Part shown: piece by piece, positions 48,001 to 63,995 of the stretch
How the letters are laid out: each line of letters starts with the position of its first letter
Numbering within the stretch: the stretch's first letter is position 1
Source: Amoebidium appalachense
Lineage: Eukaryota > Protista > Ichthyosporea
Reading direction: 5' to 3'
Assembly (NCBI GenBank): GCA_963693365.1
Contig: CAVNZM010000011.1
Coordinates: forward strand, 5,165,921 to 5,229,920
Length of the DNA stretch: 64,000 nucleotides
Program-made: the position numbers and the translations under genes
The notes under the pieces: model-generated
The model's database searches: none
Seen by the model: only the letters and a program-made list of their open reading frames with translations
Told to the model about the DNA's origin: nothing

Positions 48001-49162
48001 CATCCGTCAGCTGATGCACCGCAGTAACGCCGTCGATGGTGCTGGAAAAGAACACGTCGCCCACCCCAAGCACTGCACATGCACCCTTGTCGGCTACTTG
48101 GACCGTGGAGTAAGGCGCCGCACGCATGTTGATGAACACATCGGGCCGGGGGCACACATGGTCAGTGGCTCCAGAGTCGAGGAGCACCTTGTTGGTGCCA
48201 CAGTCGTTGCTAGACATGAGGAAAGCCCGGGGAGCGGCAGCCCCCCCCTTGCACTGTGCCGTAGTGTGGGTAGTAGAGGCAGGGTGGTTGATGCAGGACC
48301 CAGGCAGGAGGGGACCACCCTTAGGTTTGCGGCCGTTGGCACGGTTGCCCCCCTTGCACATGGCGGTAGTGTGACTGGTAGACAGTGGGTGGTTGACGCA
48401 GGAACCCTTGGGGTAGGTGCTGGCACGGTTGTTGCCAGAGTTGCTGTGTTGGCCGTTGCCGTTGGGGCACTGAGACTTGATGTGGCCTGGTTTGCCGCAG
48501 CCGTGGCAGATGACAGGTTGAGGAGCCCGTGTGGTGAAGGCGGCCGGCCCGGAGCTGGTAGTCACACGTGCACGTGGGTGGCTGGTCTCATATGCCCGTA
48601 GCTGTTGGAGGAGGCCCATCACGGTAGGCTTGGGTGTCATCTTGTAGGCAATTACAGGCATTTCGTAGTAAGGCACCTTGCCGAGGTCGTTGGTGAGCTT
48701 GGTCAGCACTTGAGCATCACCAATTTGTGTGCCGTAATCGGCCAGGCGCCGCACGTAGCCGCGGAGTTTCATGGCGTATTTCGTCGCGGTGTCCGTAGGT
48801 TCAGGCGTAGAATTCATGTACAGCCCGATAAGGTCGTACTGATTGGCCTCAGATTGCTCCAGGTAGTGGGCAGATAGGGCCGACCATATCTCCGCAGGTG
48901 TGGTGGTGCGTGTTAACCCTAGGATACAACGCACGTCAATCGAGAGTGCTTGCCACAGGTAGGAACGGGCAGTGTCGACCTGTTCACGGGTAGCCGGGTG
49001 CTCCGTACTGGGCGCGATGGTGTGGAGAAGACCAGCACCAGAAAGCTGGACATACATGGTTTCGGCCCATGTGTGGTAGTCCGTGCCTGAATCATTATCA
49101 ATGCCAGTGAAGAGAGGGATGTCGACCTTGAACTTGATGGAATCATTACGTGAGGGGCCCAT
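45006..49162 (-). CDS. Copia Gag-Pol polyprotein with one frameshift at 47365-47371
   Basis: CCHC knuckle CHGCGKPGHIKSQC; protease LLDSGAT; integrase WHYRLGH/CEPC, HSDISGP, SD(G)GGEY, QQNGTAER; RT FKARLVARG, LYGLKQA, YVDD; RNase H YSDSDYA, STEAEF, KHIDVRY, ADMFTK. Confidence 0.95.
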
Positions 49163-49167
49163 AACCC
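49155..49167 (-). promoter_or_regulatory. Primer-binding site GGTTATGGGCCC (half-tRNAiMet, copia/Ty5 type)
   Basis: Immediately follows the LTR end CCAACA; also at 49961-49975 and 50585-50599 (-) and 51548-51562 (+). Confidence 0.85.
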
Positions 49168-50599
49168 TGTTGGAAGTAGAGTCCGCTGTGACTAGGGTCG
49201 TCGTGGCGCGCTTGGGCGCTGACCCGTTTTTTACTGCTTTCAGTGTGTTAACTCCATGACTGAACTCCATGAATAACTCCATCACTGAACTCCATGACTA
49301 ACTCCATGACTGAACTCCATGACTGAACTCCATGACTTAACTCCATGACTGAACTCCATGACTGAACTCCATGACTTAACTCCATGACTGAACTCCATTT
49401 CTGCACCTGGCAGAGCCGTGGTTTATATACCCGTGGGGCAGCAGTCTGGAATGTAATCCGGATGCCAGGCGCTAATCGGATTGGTTACTTTCATTTAGAG
49501 ATCTCTGGGACCAGTGAACCAATCGTTTGCAGTCAAAACACAATTGGCAACATTCCTCAACTATGCAGATGTGCATGTGGTGATCGAGTGTCAGCGTGTG
49601 TCTGTGTACACGGAACCAATTGTAAAGCTAACATACACATATTGTGGAGTGAGCGTAAGTCTGCACTCCAACACCCCTACCCAATTGGAGAAGTGTACAC
49701 ACCACTAGAGAAGAGAGAGTGAGTGTGGCTACTTGCAGGGTAGACCGGGGTGTGCATTCCACTGTGGTGCTTGCCCCGCCAATGAAGTGGAATACTTGAC
49801 GTTGATGTCGCAGGCTGCTGCGGATGGAGTTTGTGGAAGCGAAAGTCTCTACTTCACGGAAATACGCTCGCGGGTGTAGGGTACAGCCTAGAAGTCGGGT
49901 TCTGGCTCCTCCGTTCAAGGCGTCGTAGGGGACGTGAAGTTAGAGGCCGCGGTGTCGTGTCTGGGCCCATAACCCTGTTGGAAGTAGAGTCCGCTGTGAC
50001 TAGGGTCGCCGTGGCGCGCTTGGGCGCTGACCCGTTTTTTACTGCTTTCAGTGTGTTAACTCCATGGCTGCACTCCATGACTGAACTCCATGTCTGAACT
50101 CCATGTCTGCACCTGGCAGAGACGTGGCTTATATACCCGTGGGGCAGCAGTCTGGAATGTAATCCGGATGCCAGGTGCTAATCGGATTGGTTACTTTCAT
50201 TTAGAGATCTCTGGGACCAGTGAACCAATCGTTTGCAGTCAAAACACAATTGGCAACATTCCTCAACTATGCAGATGTGCATGTGGTGATCGAGTGTCAG
50301 CGTGTGTCTGTGTACACGGAACCAATTGTAAAGCTAACATACACATATTGTGGAGTGAGCGTAAGTCTGCACTCCAACACCCCTACCCAATTGGAGAAGT
50401 GTACACACCACTAGAGAAGAGAGAGTGAGTGTGGCTGCTTGCAGGGTAGACCGGGGTGTGCATTCCACTGTGGTGCGTGCCCCGCCAATGAAGTGGAATA
50501 CTTGACGTTGATGTCGCAGGCTGCTGCGGATGGAGTTTGTGGAAGCGAAAGTCTCTAATGAAGTTAGAGGCCGCGGTGTCGTGTCTGGGCCCATAACCC
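49168..50599 (-). mobile_element. Tandem TRIM units: core' (50599-50380), LTR-A (50379-49976), core (49975-49674), LTR-A (49673-49168)
   Basis: Each core starts with the PBS, ends with the purine tract GGGTAGGGG before TGTTGG and lacks retroelement coding; core' has an ~80-bp deletion. Confidence 0.88.
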
Positions 50600-52554
50600 T
50601 GTTGGACATTGTGTTCATAGAAGCTAGTTCTAGTGCACGTTGTTCCTTCTGTAAGTCAGAAATGATTGCATCTTGTGAGGCCAACCTCTGCTCCAGTAGT
50701 TGGACTAGTTGCTGCAACTGTAAGTTGTCAGACATAGTGTCGTGTATGATGGGTAACTAGTCTATGTGTTTTGTGCACTGGAAACGACAGTAGAAAAGTG
50801 TAAATCAAACGTTCTGCTTCCCATGTTTGTGACATGGGAGGCACTGCTTTATATAGTCGTTGGCCACCTCATGGTGGCCTCGTGTGCACCCTGGTGGTGG
50901 GCCATGTACAGCATGGCCGAAAAGAGAGCACAATGAAAACAAGTCGTTAAAGATATAAAAGTTAACTGTGCACGTTGAGTGGCTAGTTAACTTGCACTAA
51001 AGCACACAAATAAACGTGTTTAACACACCAATTGCAGTTAAACGTAAATCTTGCTTCACACAACTAAAAATATTCTGAGAATATCCGGGAATAAAGCACA
51101 CTACCACTCTAAGAATAGAATCCTGTGGCAAATATAGTGCAGACTTACGCTCACTCCACAATATGTGTATGTTAGCTTTACAATTGGTTCCGTGTACACA
51201 GACACACGCTGACACTCGATCACCACATGCACATCTGCATAGTTGAGGAATGTTGCCAATTGTGTTTTGACTGCAAACGATTGGTTCACTGGTCCCAGAG
51301 ATCTCTAAATGAAAGTAACCAATCCGATTAGCGCCTGGCATCCGGATTACATTCCAGACTGCTGCCCCACGGGTATATAAGCCACGTCTCTGCCAGGTGC
51401 AGACATGGAGTTAAGTCATGGAGTTAAGTCATGGAGTTAAGTCATGGAGTTCAGTCATGGAGTTAACACACTGAAAGCAGTAAAAAAACGGGTCAGCGCC
51501 CAAGCGCGCCACGACGACCCTAGTCACAGCGGACTCTACTTCCAACAGGGTTATGGGCCCAGACACGACACCGCGGCCTCTAACTTCACGTCCCCTACGA
51601 CGCCTTGAACGGAGGAGCCCAGAAACCGACTTCTAGGCTGTACCCTACACCCGCGAGCGTATTTCCGTGAAGTAGAGACTTTCGCTTCCACAAACTCCAT
51701 CCGCAGCAGCCTGCGACATCAACGTCAAGTATTCCACTTCATTGGCGGGGCACGCACCACAGTGGAATGCACACCCCGGTCTACCCTGCAAGCAGCCACA
51801 CTCACTCTCTCTTCTCTACAGTGGTGTGTACACTTCTCCAATTGGGTAGGGGTGTTGGAGTGCAGACTTACGCTCACTCCACAATATGTGTATGTTAGCT
51901 TTACAATTGGTTCCGTGTACACAGACACACGCTGACACTCGATCACCACATGCACATCTGCATAGTTGAGGAATGTTGCCAATTGTGTTTTGACTGCAAA
52001 CGATTGGTTCACTGGTCCCAGAGATCTCTAAATGAAAGTAACCAATCCGATTAGCACCTGGCATCCGGATTACATTCCAGACTGCTGCCCCACGGGTATA
52101 TAAGCCACGTCTCTGCCAGGTGCAGACATGGAGTTCAGTCATGGAGTTAAGTCATGGAGTTAAGTCATGGAGTTAAGTCATGGAGTTCAGTCATGGAGTT
52201 CAGTCATGGAGTTCAGTCATGGAGTTCAGTCATGGAGTTAACACACTGAAAGCAGTAAAAAACGGGTCAGCGCCCAAGCGCGCCACGACGACCCTAGTCA
52301 CAGCGGACTCTACTTCCAACAATATAGACATGACATCATCTGAACCGGGAATATTAATTAATGAGCACAATTAGCACGTTGCTAGTGAAGCTCGTCATTG
52401 GTACAGTTTTGGCTCAAACATATAACTACCATATATGAATATGACCGTAAACAAAAGCTCTATGCACTCGAGTGAGTGTTGAAACAGTTATTCAATTGCT
52501 CAGAAACTTTCTCTAACAGACATTGCTAGCCGGGAGTACCAGTGTACTCCAACA
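50600..52554 (-). repeat. LTR-B, 5' copy, interrupted by a nested TRIM
   Basis: 50600-51136 and 52327-52554 together reproduce 44055-44819; its last 136 nt (50735-50600) encode MSDNLQLQQLVQLLEQRL... Confidence 0.9.
51137..52321 (+). mobile_element. Nested TRIM (LTR-A - core - LTR-A) in opposite orientation
   Basis: LTR-A 51137-51547 (first 7 nt missing), PBS, core 51548-51852, LTR-A 51853-52321; flanking duplication ATATA at 51132-51136 and 52322-52326. Confidence 0.9.
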
Positions 52555-52876
52555 GTAGTTGCATTGGATATTTCCTTAATATTTGAGAGTATATGCCAGT
52601 CTGCAGAATACTTTGGCATCAAGGTGCTTTTTGGCCCGCGGGCCTGGCAGAGCCGGGCCGGAGTCCGCCTGCAAAATTATTGGGCCTAACACTAACTTAC
52701 ACGCGTTCACGGCGGTTGCAATGCATATATTGGGTTGTGTTTAGGTTAATTGTTTGCGTAATATCACCTCTCCTAAGCCTTCCCCTATCTCCCATTTAAT
52801 TCCCGTCCCCCCCAGGGAGGTGGGTGGGGGGAGGGGGGAGACGGGTCTCCAGGGGGGGGGGGGAGATGGGTCTCCA

Positions 52877-52913
<37 letters not shown>

Positions 52914-53209
52914 CGGCCCGAACAGCACCAGGGTCAGACTAGTGGCCCAGCCCGCCACATCTATCATCCGATTCCTTTTGGACCGAAGACCAGGATCCGG
53001 ACCGTCCTCTGTGTGTGGCAAGCCGGCACAGTGATTGGTAGATCTGTGAACGCCAGTTATTTTAACCACACATACACAGCACGCCTTGCCAAGTAGAAAA
53101 AGGAGCCACAGCCCCGCAGTGTCATGCACTTTCTTCTCGCCTCGAGTCCTCGACAACGACTCTCACTCCTCCTAGCTCACTCTACGGCTGCCTCCCCGCA
53201 CCACGAACC

Positions 53210-55718
53210 ATGGCCCTCCCAACTGCATGCCTGCTCCTCGCCGGCTCTCTCTCTGTCGCCAACGCAGCTGTTGCTGGTGCCTGGAACTATGAGCCAGAAA
53301 TCAACAAAAACTGGGCGGCACAGTTTCCAAAGAATTGTGCTGGAAAGCAACAGTCACCCATCAACATTGAGGCAGCAAAGGCCATTGCAATAAAGCAGGG
53401 CACGGCGAAAAACAAGGACCCTGCGCTCAAGATTGACACGTCGAGCTCGGCGTTGAGGTTTTACGACGTGCACAACAACGGCAAGACTCTACAGGTGTGT
53501 CCTCATTCCTGTGCCTGAAGAATATGTTGGAATATGATTATGCGGTATACATTTAGTAATATGTCTGGTGTCTCGAACTGGGTGCATGAATTGTGCAGGT
53601 GTTTCCTCCTCCTTTGTCCATTATAATAATGTCCCATATCTCAGTCTCTGGATCATCTGCGTAGTCATATATGATGTGAGTTTTGATTCTGGGGACACTT
53701 ATCTGTGCAGATATTAGTTCACTGAGTAACCATGTGCCACGGGTTGAAACCATCAGTTAAAGCCCTGCTAACTCTAGATTTCCCCAAACTTCCTTTTTTA
53801 AATTTTGTTCAGGTCAATGTCCGTCATGAACTCAACAAGGATGATGCCATGAAAATCTCCATGGGGCCTCTCAAGGACACGTACATCCTCACCCAATCCC
53901 ACATGCACTGGAGCACAAAGAATTCAGAAGGCTCTGAGCACACGTATGTTCATGGGACTCGACCCCCCCCCCCCCCCCCCCCCCCCACACACACACACAG
54001 ACACACACACACACCTCCCCCCCAACCCCCTCTTTCCCTGTGACTTTCGAATTTATATCCCTCCCGCCATCGCTGCGTCTGCAGTTTGTAGTGCTTTATT
54101 GGTCAGTAGTAGCTCTCTGTTAGTGTCCAAACTTTAAGGACCCTAGAGACCTCCTCCCCCCCCCGACCGTCCCCCTCCCCCCTCCCCCTCCCCCCCCCCC
54201 CTCCCCCCCCTTTCTGACACCCTCCACCACCGTCCGTCCCGATCCTCGAGCTCCCTCCCTCCCTCCCTCCCTCCCTCCCTTCCTCCCTTTCCCTCCCCAC
54301 CCCCCCACCCCTTCTCTCCTCTCTTCCCTTAAACATAAGTCCGAACGTGGCTCTCTCAAGTCTCCTCCTCCTCTATAAACCCTTCCCCCCCCCCGCCGCC
54401 CTCCCACCCTCCACCCTCCCCCGTGACCCTCCTCCGTGACCCGTCCACCTCCCTCACCTCCCTGTATGGCATGCGCTACCTTCGTTCCCCTCTTGATTCG
54501 AATCTAGAATTAAGCCCCGCCCCCTCCCCCCTCCCCCCCCCCCCCCCCCCCCCCCCGCCGTACTTCTCCCCTCCTTCCCTCCCCTCCCCCCCCCCCCCCC
54601 CCCCCCACCTCTGAGCAACAGCAACACTGATTTCGGACACATCGTCACGGCTACAGGTTGAACGGCAAGGCCACACCCATGGAGCTCCACCTTGTGCACT
54701 ACAACTCCAAATATGGCAACATCAGCGAGGCAATCAAACACAAGGACGGACTGGCGGTGCTCGGTGTGTTCTTTAAACTGGGCAAAGAGAATCCTGGCCT
54801 GAAGTTCCTGGAGCCCTACATTTCGGATGTTTCCAACAAGTAGGTGACATACTTTTGCAGCCTACACACACTTATACCAATGGCATGATGCATGAACGAT
54901 CAAATCGAGACACACGCTCACGCTCACACACACATGTGGGTGCACACACAACACACACACACACACACACACACACGCGAACACACGAACACAGGCCCTG
55001 CACCGTAACATGTGGCACACAAGCACACAATCCACTGTGATACTGTACACATGTAGTAGGGCCCGTTATTAAAGTGTCACCTCTGCCTTGCCAAGTTGGC
55101 GCCTCCATCCCCCCCAAACACGCACAGCGAGAGGGAGATACACAAAACACAAGCACAAATGCACCAGCACCACAGACTACTGGGAATTCCTGACATCCCC
55201 CCCCTCCCCCCCCCACCGCCCCTTGCCAACTCCCCCCCCCCCCCCCCCCCCCCCCCCCGCCCTCCCCTCCCCGCCATTCCTCCTCCTACGTGCCGCTGCT
55301 CGACACACACTTATTCCCATCCTCCCTCAATCCAACCACACGACCCCCCCTCCCTCCCCCCTCCCCTCCCCCTCTCTCCCCACCCTTCCCCCCCCCCTCC
55401 TTCTCCCCCTGGCCTTCCCTCTCTGCCGCACTCCCCCCATCACATTCAGTGCTGCAATTGTTAAAGTAATCCATATGCACACACGGCTTATCCAATACAG
55501 TGCACGCGGGCGGTTTCCCTCCTCCGGCAACAAAACGGGATAAAATCCAAAAAAAAAATAAAAAAATATAGATCCCGTCACTCAAACACTTGGTATATGC
55601 AGTGAGGATTCGACCACTGGGGAGGCGGATGCGGAGGCTGATGATCTGATCCTCGTGAAGTCTAAGCCACTGCCCCTGCTGTCGTTGGTGCCCAAGAGCA
55701 GAAAGTACTGGACGTACC

Positions 55719-55753
<35 letters not shown>

Positions 55754-57655
55754 TTGTGCACGTGCCTGCCCGTGTGTGTGCTGCTACTAGTGTGTGTGTA
55801 TGAGTGTGTGGTGTCATGGTGTGTGTGTGCGTGCTGTATTACTGTGGTGTGTATGTGTACGGTGTGTCACGGTGTCGCCCCGGTGTGTGTGGTACTGTAA
55901 TACCATGGGTGTGTGTATATACACATTATATACACACACCCATGGTATTACAGTACCACACACACCGGGGCGACACCGTGACACCGTGACACACCGTACA
56001 CATACACACCCGTGTCTGTTTGTGTGTCTGTTTGTGTGTGTGTTTGTGTGATTTGTGTGTGGTCGCGTGTGTATGCACAGTACGTGTGTGTGTATATGTA
56101 CAACGATGTGTGTGTGTGTGTGTGTCTGTTTGTGTGTGTGTTTGTGCGTGTATATATACGCATGATGTGCTCACCACCCCCAACTTCCGGGCCTCGTTTG
56201 CCTCGCTCCCAACATACACACCCAGATCTTATGCCCTCCGAGCAGTACGTGTTCTTTTGGGGAACCATCCCCCCCTCCCCCCCCCCCCCCCTCTCCCTTC
56301 CCTCCCTCCCTTCCTCCCTCCCTCCCCCCCCCCCCCCCTTGTAATCTTCGCTTATTTATGTGTGTGTGTATGTGTATGTATGTTGTGCGGGGTTGCACAC
56401 ACCGGTGTCTACTTTTCTTCCCACTGTTTCTCTCTCCACATACTTCATCTGTCCACTTCTGCATACCCCCTCTCATAGCTATAGACACACTTCACAATTG
56501 CGTTGCTATAGACACACTTCACAATTGCGTTACGCGCACGCATGCACACACTGCTCTGTTGGCGACAGCTCCCTTGGAACCCATACGGCATGGTAACAAC
56601 TCGGACTATCGATTTGGCTTTTTTCAAGCCCAAAGCAATGGGTGATACCATATTTCCGGCTGACATCCGGGGGCATAGCGGGGGCATAGCTTTCCGTTCA
56701 AAGACGTTATCCGTTCAAAGACGTTAAAGTTCCGCCCTAGTAAGCGTGTTACTACCCTGCGGTGTGGGTCAAATCTCATATTTTTCCCTCTGATTGTGAA
56801 TTCTGCGGCCTTCGGGACTTAATTCTTTTCAGCTGGTGTAGTATGTTAGCCAACCAGCTGAAAAGAATTATCGATTTAGGTAGCGACGGGGGAGCTTCCT
56901 AGGGTGTAGTATGTTAGCCAGGGAAGTATCGATTTAGGTAGTGACGGGGGAGCTTCCTAGAAGCCCCGTCTCCTGACTCCAGGAAGCTCCCCCGTCGCTA
57001 CCTGATCTTGCAGCAGTAAGCAGAAGCAAGAAAAATAACTTTAACCCCCCGGCCTTTCCCACTGCCCTTGCCTGTATAAGCAGCCCTGCTCGTCTCTGAT
57101 CAAGACGGGTGACCTACCCATGTTCAAGACGGGTGACCTACCCATGTTCAAGTGAAACAGTATCTGATTTGGGGTTCGTTAACGAGGTGAATAGGTCAAA
57201 ACTCGGGTATTGTGGATGACGTGGGCCCCTCCTGAGGATGGGCTCTGCTTATTATGCATACTCTTTATGTATGGCTTGCATTCTGCATCGTGTTATTCGT
57301 TTATTCTTGTGTACTTCGTACTTTTTGACTCATTCAACCCCCCCCCCCCCCCCCCCCCCCCCCTCCCCCCATCAATTCTCCCACCCCTCCCGGGTGCCTC
57401 CCAACCAGTTTCGATTCACACTTTAGCGGGCATATGAGCTGACACACATTAATACCAAATTACTAGACAAAACATCTACTTCACCGTGTTCGTTTCTAAA
57501 TTATTCCCCCCCCCCCCCCCCCCCCCCCCACCTCCCCCATCCCATTCTTTTTACTTAATTGCTCCCCTTCGACCATTCTCATTCACACGCAACCTCCACA
57601 CCATCCCCCCCCCCCCCCCCCCCCCCCCCCGCTCTCTTTTGTCCATACACGCAAG

Positions 57656-57733
<78 letters not shown>

Positions 57734-57930
57734 GCTCCCTGACCACGCCTGTGTGCAGTGAGGTAGTGACGTGGATTGTCCTCCAAGAGCCCCTCAGCCT
57801 GAGTGCTTCCCAGCTCCGTCTTCTTCGCAGCCTGAAGAATAACGACGGCAAATCTCTGGCCCCCAACTTCCGCCCCACCCTCCCACTCAACGGCCGTAAG
57901 GTTAAGGCCTATAACGGCCCGTCCAAGTAA
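53210..57930 (+). CDS. Secreted alpha-carbonic anhydrase, 5 exons
   Basis: Exons 53210-53494, 53813-53943, 54657-54839, 55603-~55721/55723, 57733-57930; signal peptide, WNY, CAGKQQSPINI, QSHMHW, GSEH, ELHLVH, GLAVLGV, GSLTTPVC.E.VTW, NFRP. Confidence 0.93.
55846..56010. repeat. Long near-perfect hairpin (~75-bp arms, ~7-nt loop) in carbonic anhydrase intron 4
   Basis: GTCGCCCCGGTGTGTGTGGTACTGTAATACCATGGGTGTGTGTATAT pairs with ATATACACACACCCATGGTATTACAGTACCACACACACCGGGGCGAC. Confidence 0.9.
57153..57337 (-). repeat. Inverted copy of the dispersed ~180-bp repeat family
   Basis: Reverse complement of 31751-31934 with scattered substitutions. Confidence 0.85.
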
Positions 57931-58351
57931 TCTTTTTTGTGAAATATGTTCGATGTGAAGTTGTTGATTTGATGTGATGGGATCGATTACTAAAACTCGC
58001 AGATGCATTGTGTGACAGTTAATAACAAAATCCGGGTTGAATATACCGGAATAACTCTTGTCTAACATACGCTAATTAGTCTTAGTTGCTGATGAGACTG
58101 AAATATAACCGGGGAGGGAGAAGAAACATTGAAGCGGACTGCTGCCGGTAGACAAACGGGCTTTTTGCACGCTTTACCAACACTTCCGACCTCGGTAATT
58201 ACATAAGATAAAAAATAAATCATCAAACCACCAAAAAATAAATCATCAAACCACCACTAACGTTTCTGGCCTGTATGAAAGTTTTGGCTGCCATTGTTTC
58301 TGGCCTGTATGAAAGTTTTGGCTGCCATTATAAAGTGTTGGTGTGGGCTCT

Positions 58352-58382
<31 letters not shown>

Positions 58383-58846
58383 TCTCTCTCTCCCCTCCCC
58401 TCTCTCTCCCCCTCCCCTCCCCCCCTCCCCCCCTCCCCCCTCCCTCTCCTTCCTGCATGCACGCTCTGTTTTTGTTACGTGCACGGGTGTGCGCATGGGT
58501 GTGCATATATTGTGCGCATATGTGTGTGTGTGTTTTTAACTGTGTGAGTTGTGTGTGCCTCCGTGGACGTGCACTTGTGGATGTAGCATCTTTTCTGATA
58601 ATGTGTTGGTGGATGGTTGAGTGGGCTCTACAGTCAAAACCGCGGCCGTATATACGTACTTTAGCCTAAGAATTAGCCTACGTATACCGTTTGAATGCTG
58701 TGTGTCTAACCTGTATTAGCATGTGATTTTTCGAAGTTATTGTCTGCACTGCAATGGCGGAGTCATTAACATATAACCAAGCTTGTACTTTCAATGATTT
58801 TGTAATTTCCCTGGGACAAACTCATGATCAGTCGCTGTACCTATCA

Positions 58847-58878
<32 letters not shown>

Positions 58879-59897
58879 TGACCCCGGGGGCCCCGCGTCA
58901 ATTCGTCCCATCCCTGCCCTCCCCCCTCCCTCGAGTAGCTAATAGTTCTATGCGGCCCATTATAAACACCCCGCTAATATCAGCTGGCTCAACCACGTGC
59001 ACAGGAATACAGATCTCACACACATGCAGACACACATACACCCACGCACCCACGCACCCACCTACTCAACACCCGCACATACACATTAATCAACACCCCC
59101 CCCCCCCCCCCCCCTGCAGGCAGATCGCTGAGGAATGAGAAATATCCCCCCCCAAACCGGTGGGGATAGAATTTATTTTCATGTATATTACGAGCACCGG
59201 AGGCTTTAAAGCTACTCCGACACCCCAATTGACACATGGTTAGGCACACCGAAAGAGCCGGTTGCCAGTACGGCCCAAAAAAACAACAACAACATAAATC
59301 CAAATTTCACACACACAGTGTGTTCTTTCAATCATAACTATCCATATACGGTTACTATCTGAAGGTGCTAACCACATCATAAGGGCATACAATACTAATA
59401 AATTTCATTCTTGTTGACATGCAATTTTATTACATCATTCGAATATTGAATAAGTTAAACAAGCGTGTATTTGTGCAGAAAGACCGCAAAGACTATCAAA
59501 CCATCATGTGAAAAAGGAATTTTAAAGGTAACAATCACAATTTTTGTCTTTGAATGCTCTTCTAAGCTTTAACGCAAACAATACCAAAAGTCGATCGTTG
59601 GCATACCAACCAACACACGATCGTTATGTCAAATACAAATCTTTCCAACCGTCAAACGTAAGCCTCAAAGAACAATCAAAAAGATACGTGTATATACTTA
59701 TCCCATAGAAAGGCTGCGCGCGATTTGTAATGTCTCGTTCGGTTCTATTACAGTAAATCAAATACATATATAGCATGCAAGTCGCTTATCTTAGACTTCG
59801 ATACATCCAAAAAGACAAAAAAAAAAAAAAAAAAAAACAAACAAACAAAAAAAAACACCCTGCACAAATCAGAAACACAAAGACGTGCACCATGTCC

Positions 59898-59946
<49 letters not shown>

Positions 59947-60047
59947 AAAGCGACAACACAAAGACGTGCACCATCTCATACACTGGTTGACAAGCATGCG
60001 CCCACACGCGTATATGCGCACGTGTGTGTGCATGTGTACGTGTGTGT

Positions 60048-63995
<3,948 letters not shown>

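Larger units (their letters stand above)
43593..52554 (-). mobile_element. Composite Ty1/copia LTR retrotransposon fused with TRIM units (8962 bp)
   Basis: TGTTGG...CCAACA termini; perfect 5-bp TSD GTAGT at 43588-43592 and 52555-52559; copia domain order PR-INT-RT-RH. Confidence 0.95.

Noticed and set aside
45337-48877. Antisense and alternative-frame ORFs within gag-pol
   Set aside because: Expected shadows of a GC-rich coding strand; no motifs.
41510-52715. Outer TIR element enclosing the copia (TGTTAGCCCCAAAAAGT near 41554 vs AATTATTGGGCCTAACA near 52691; GGCCCGG repeats)
   Set aside because: Only a short imperfect match and no TSD found.
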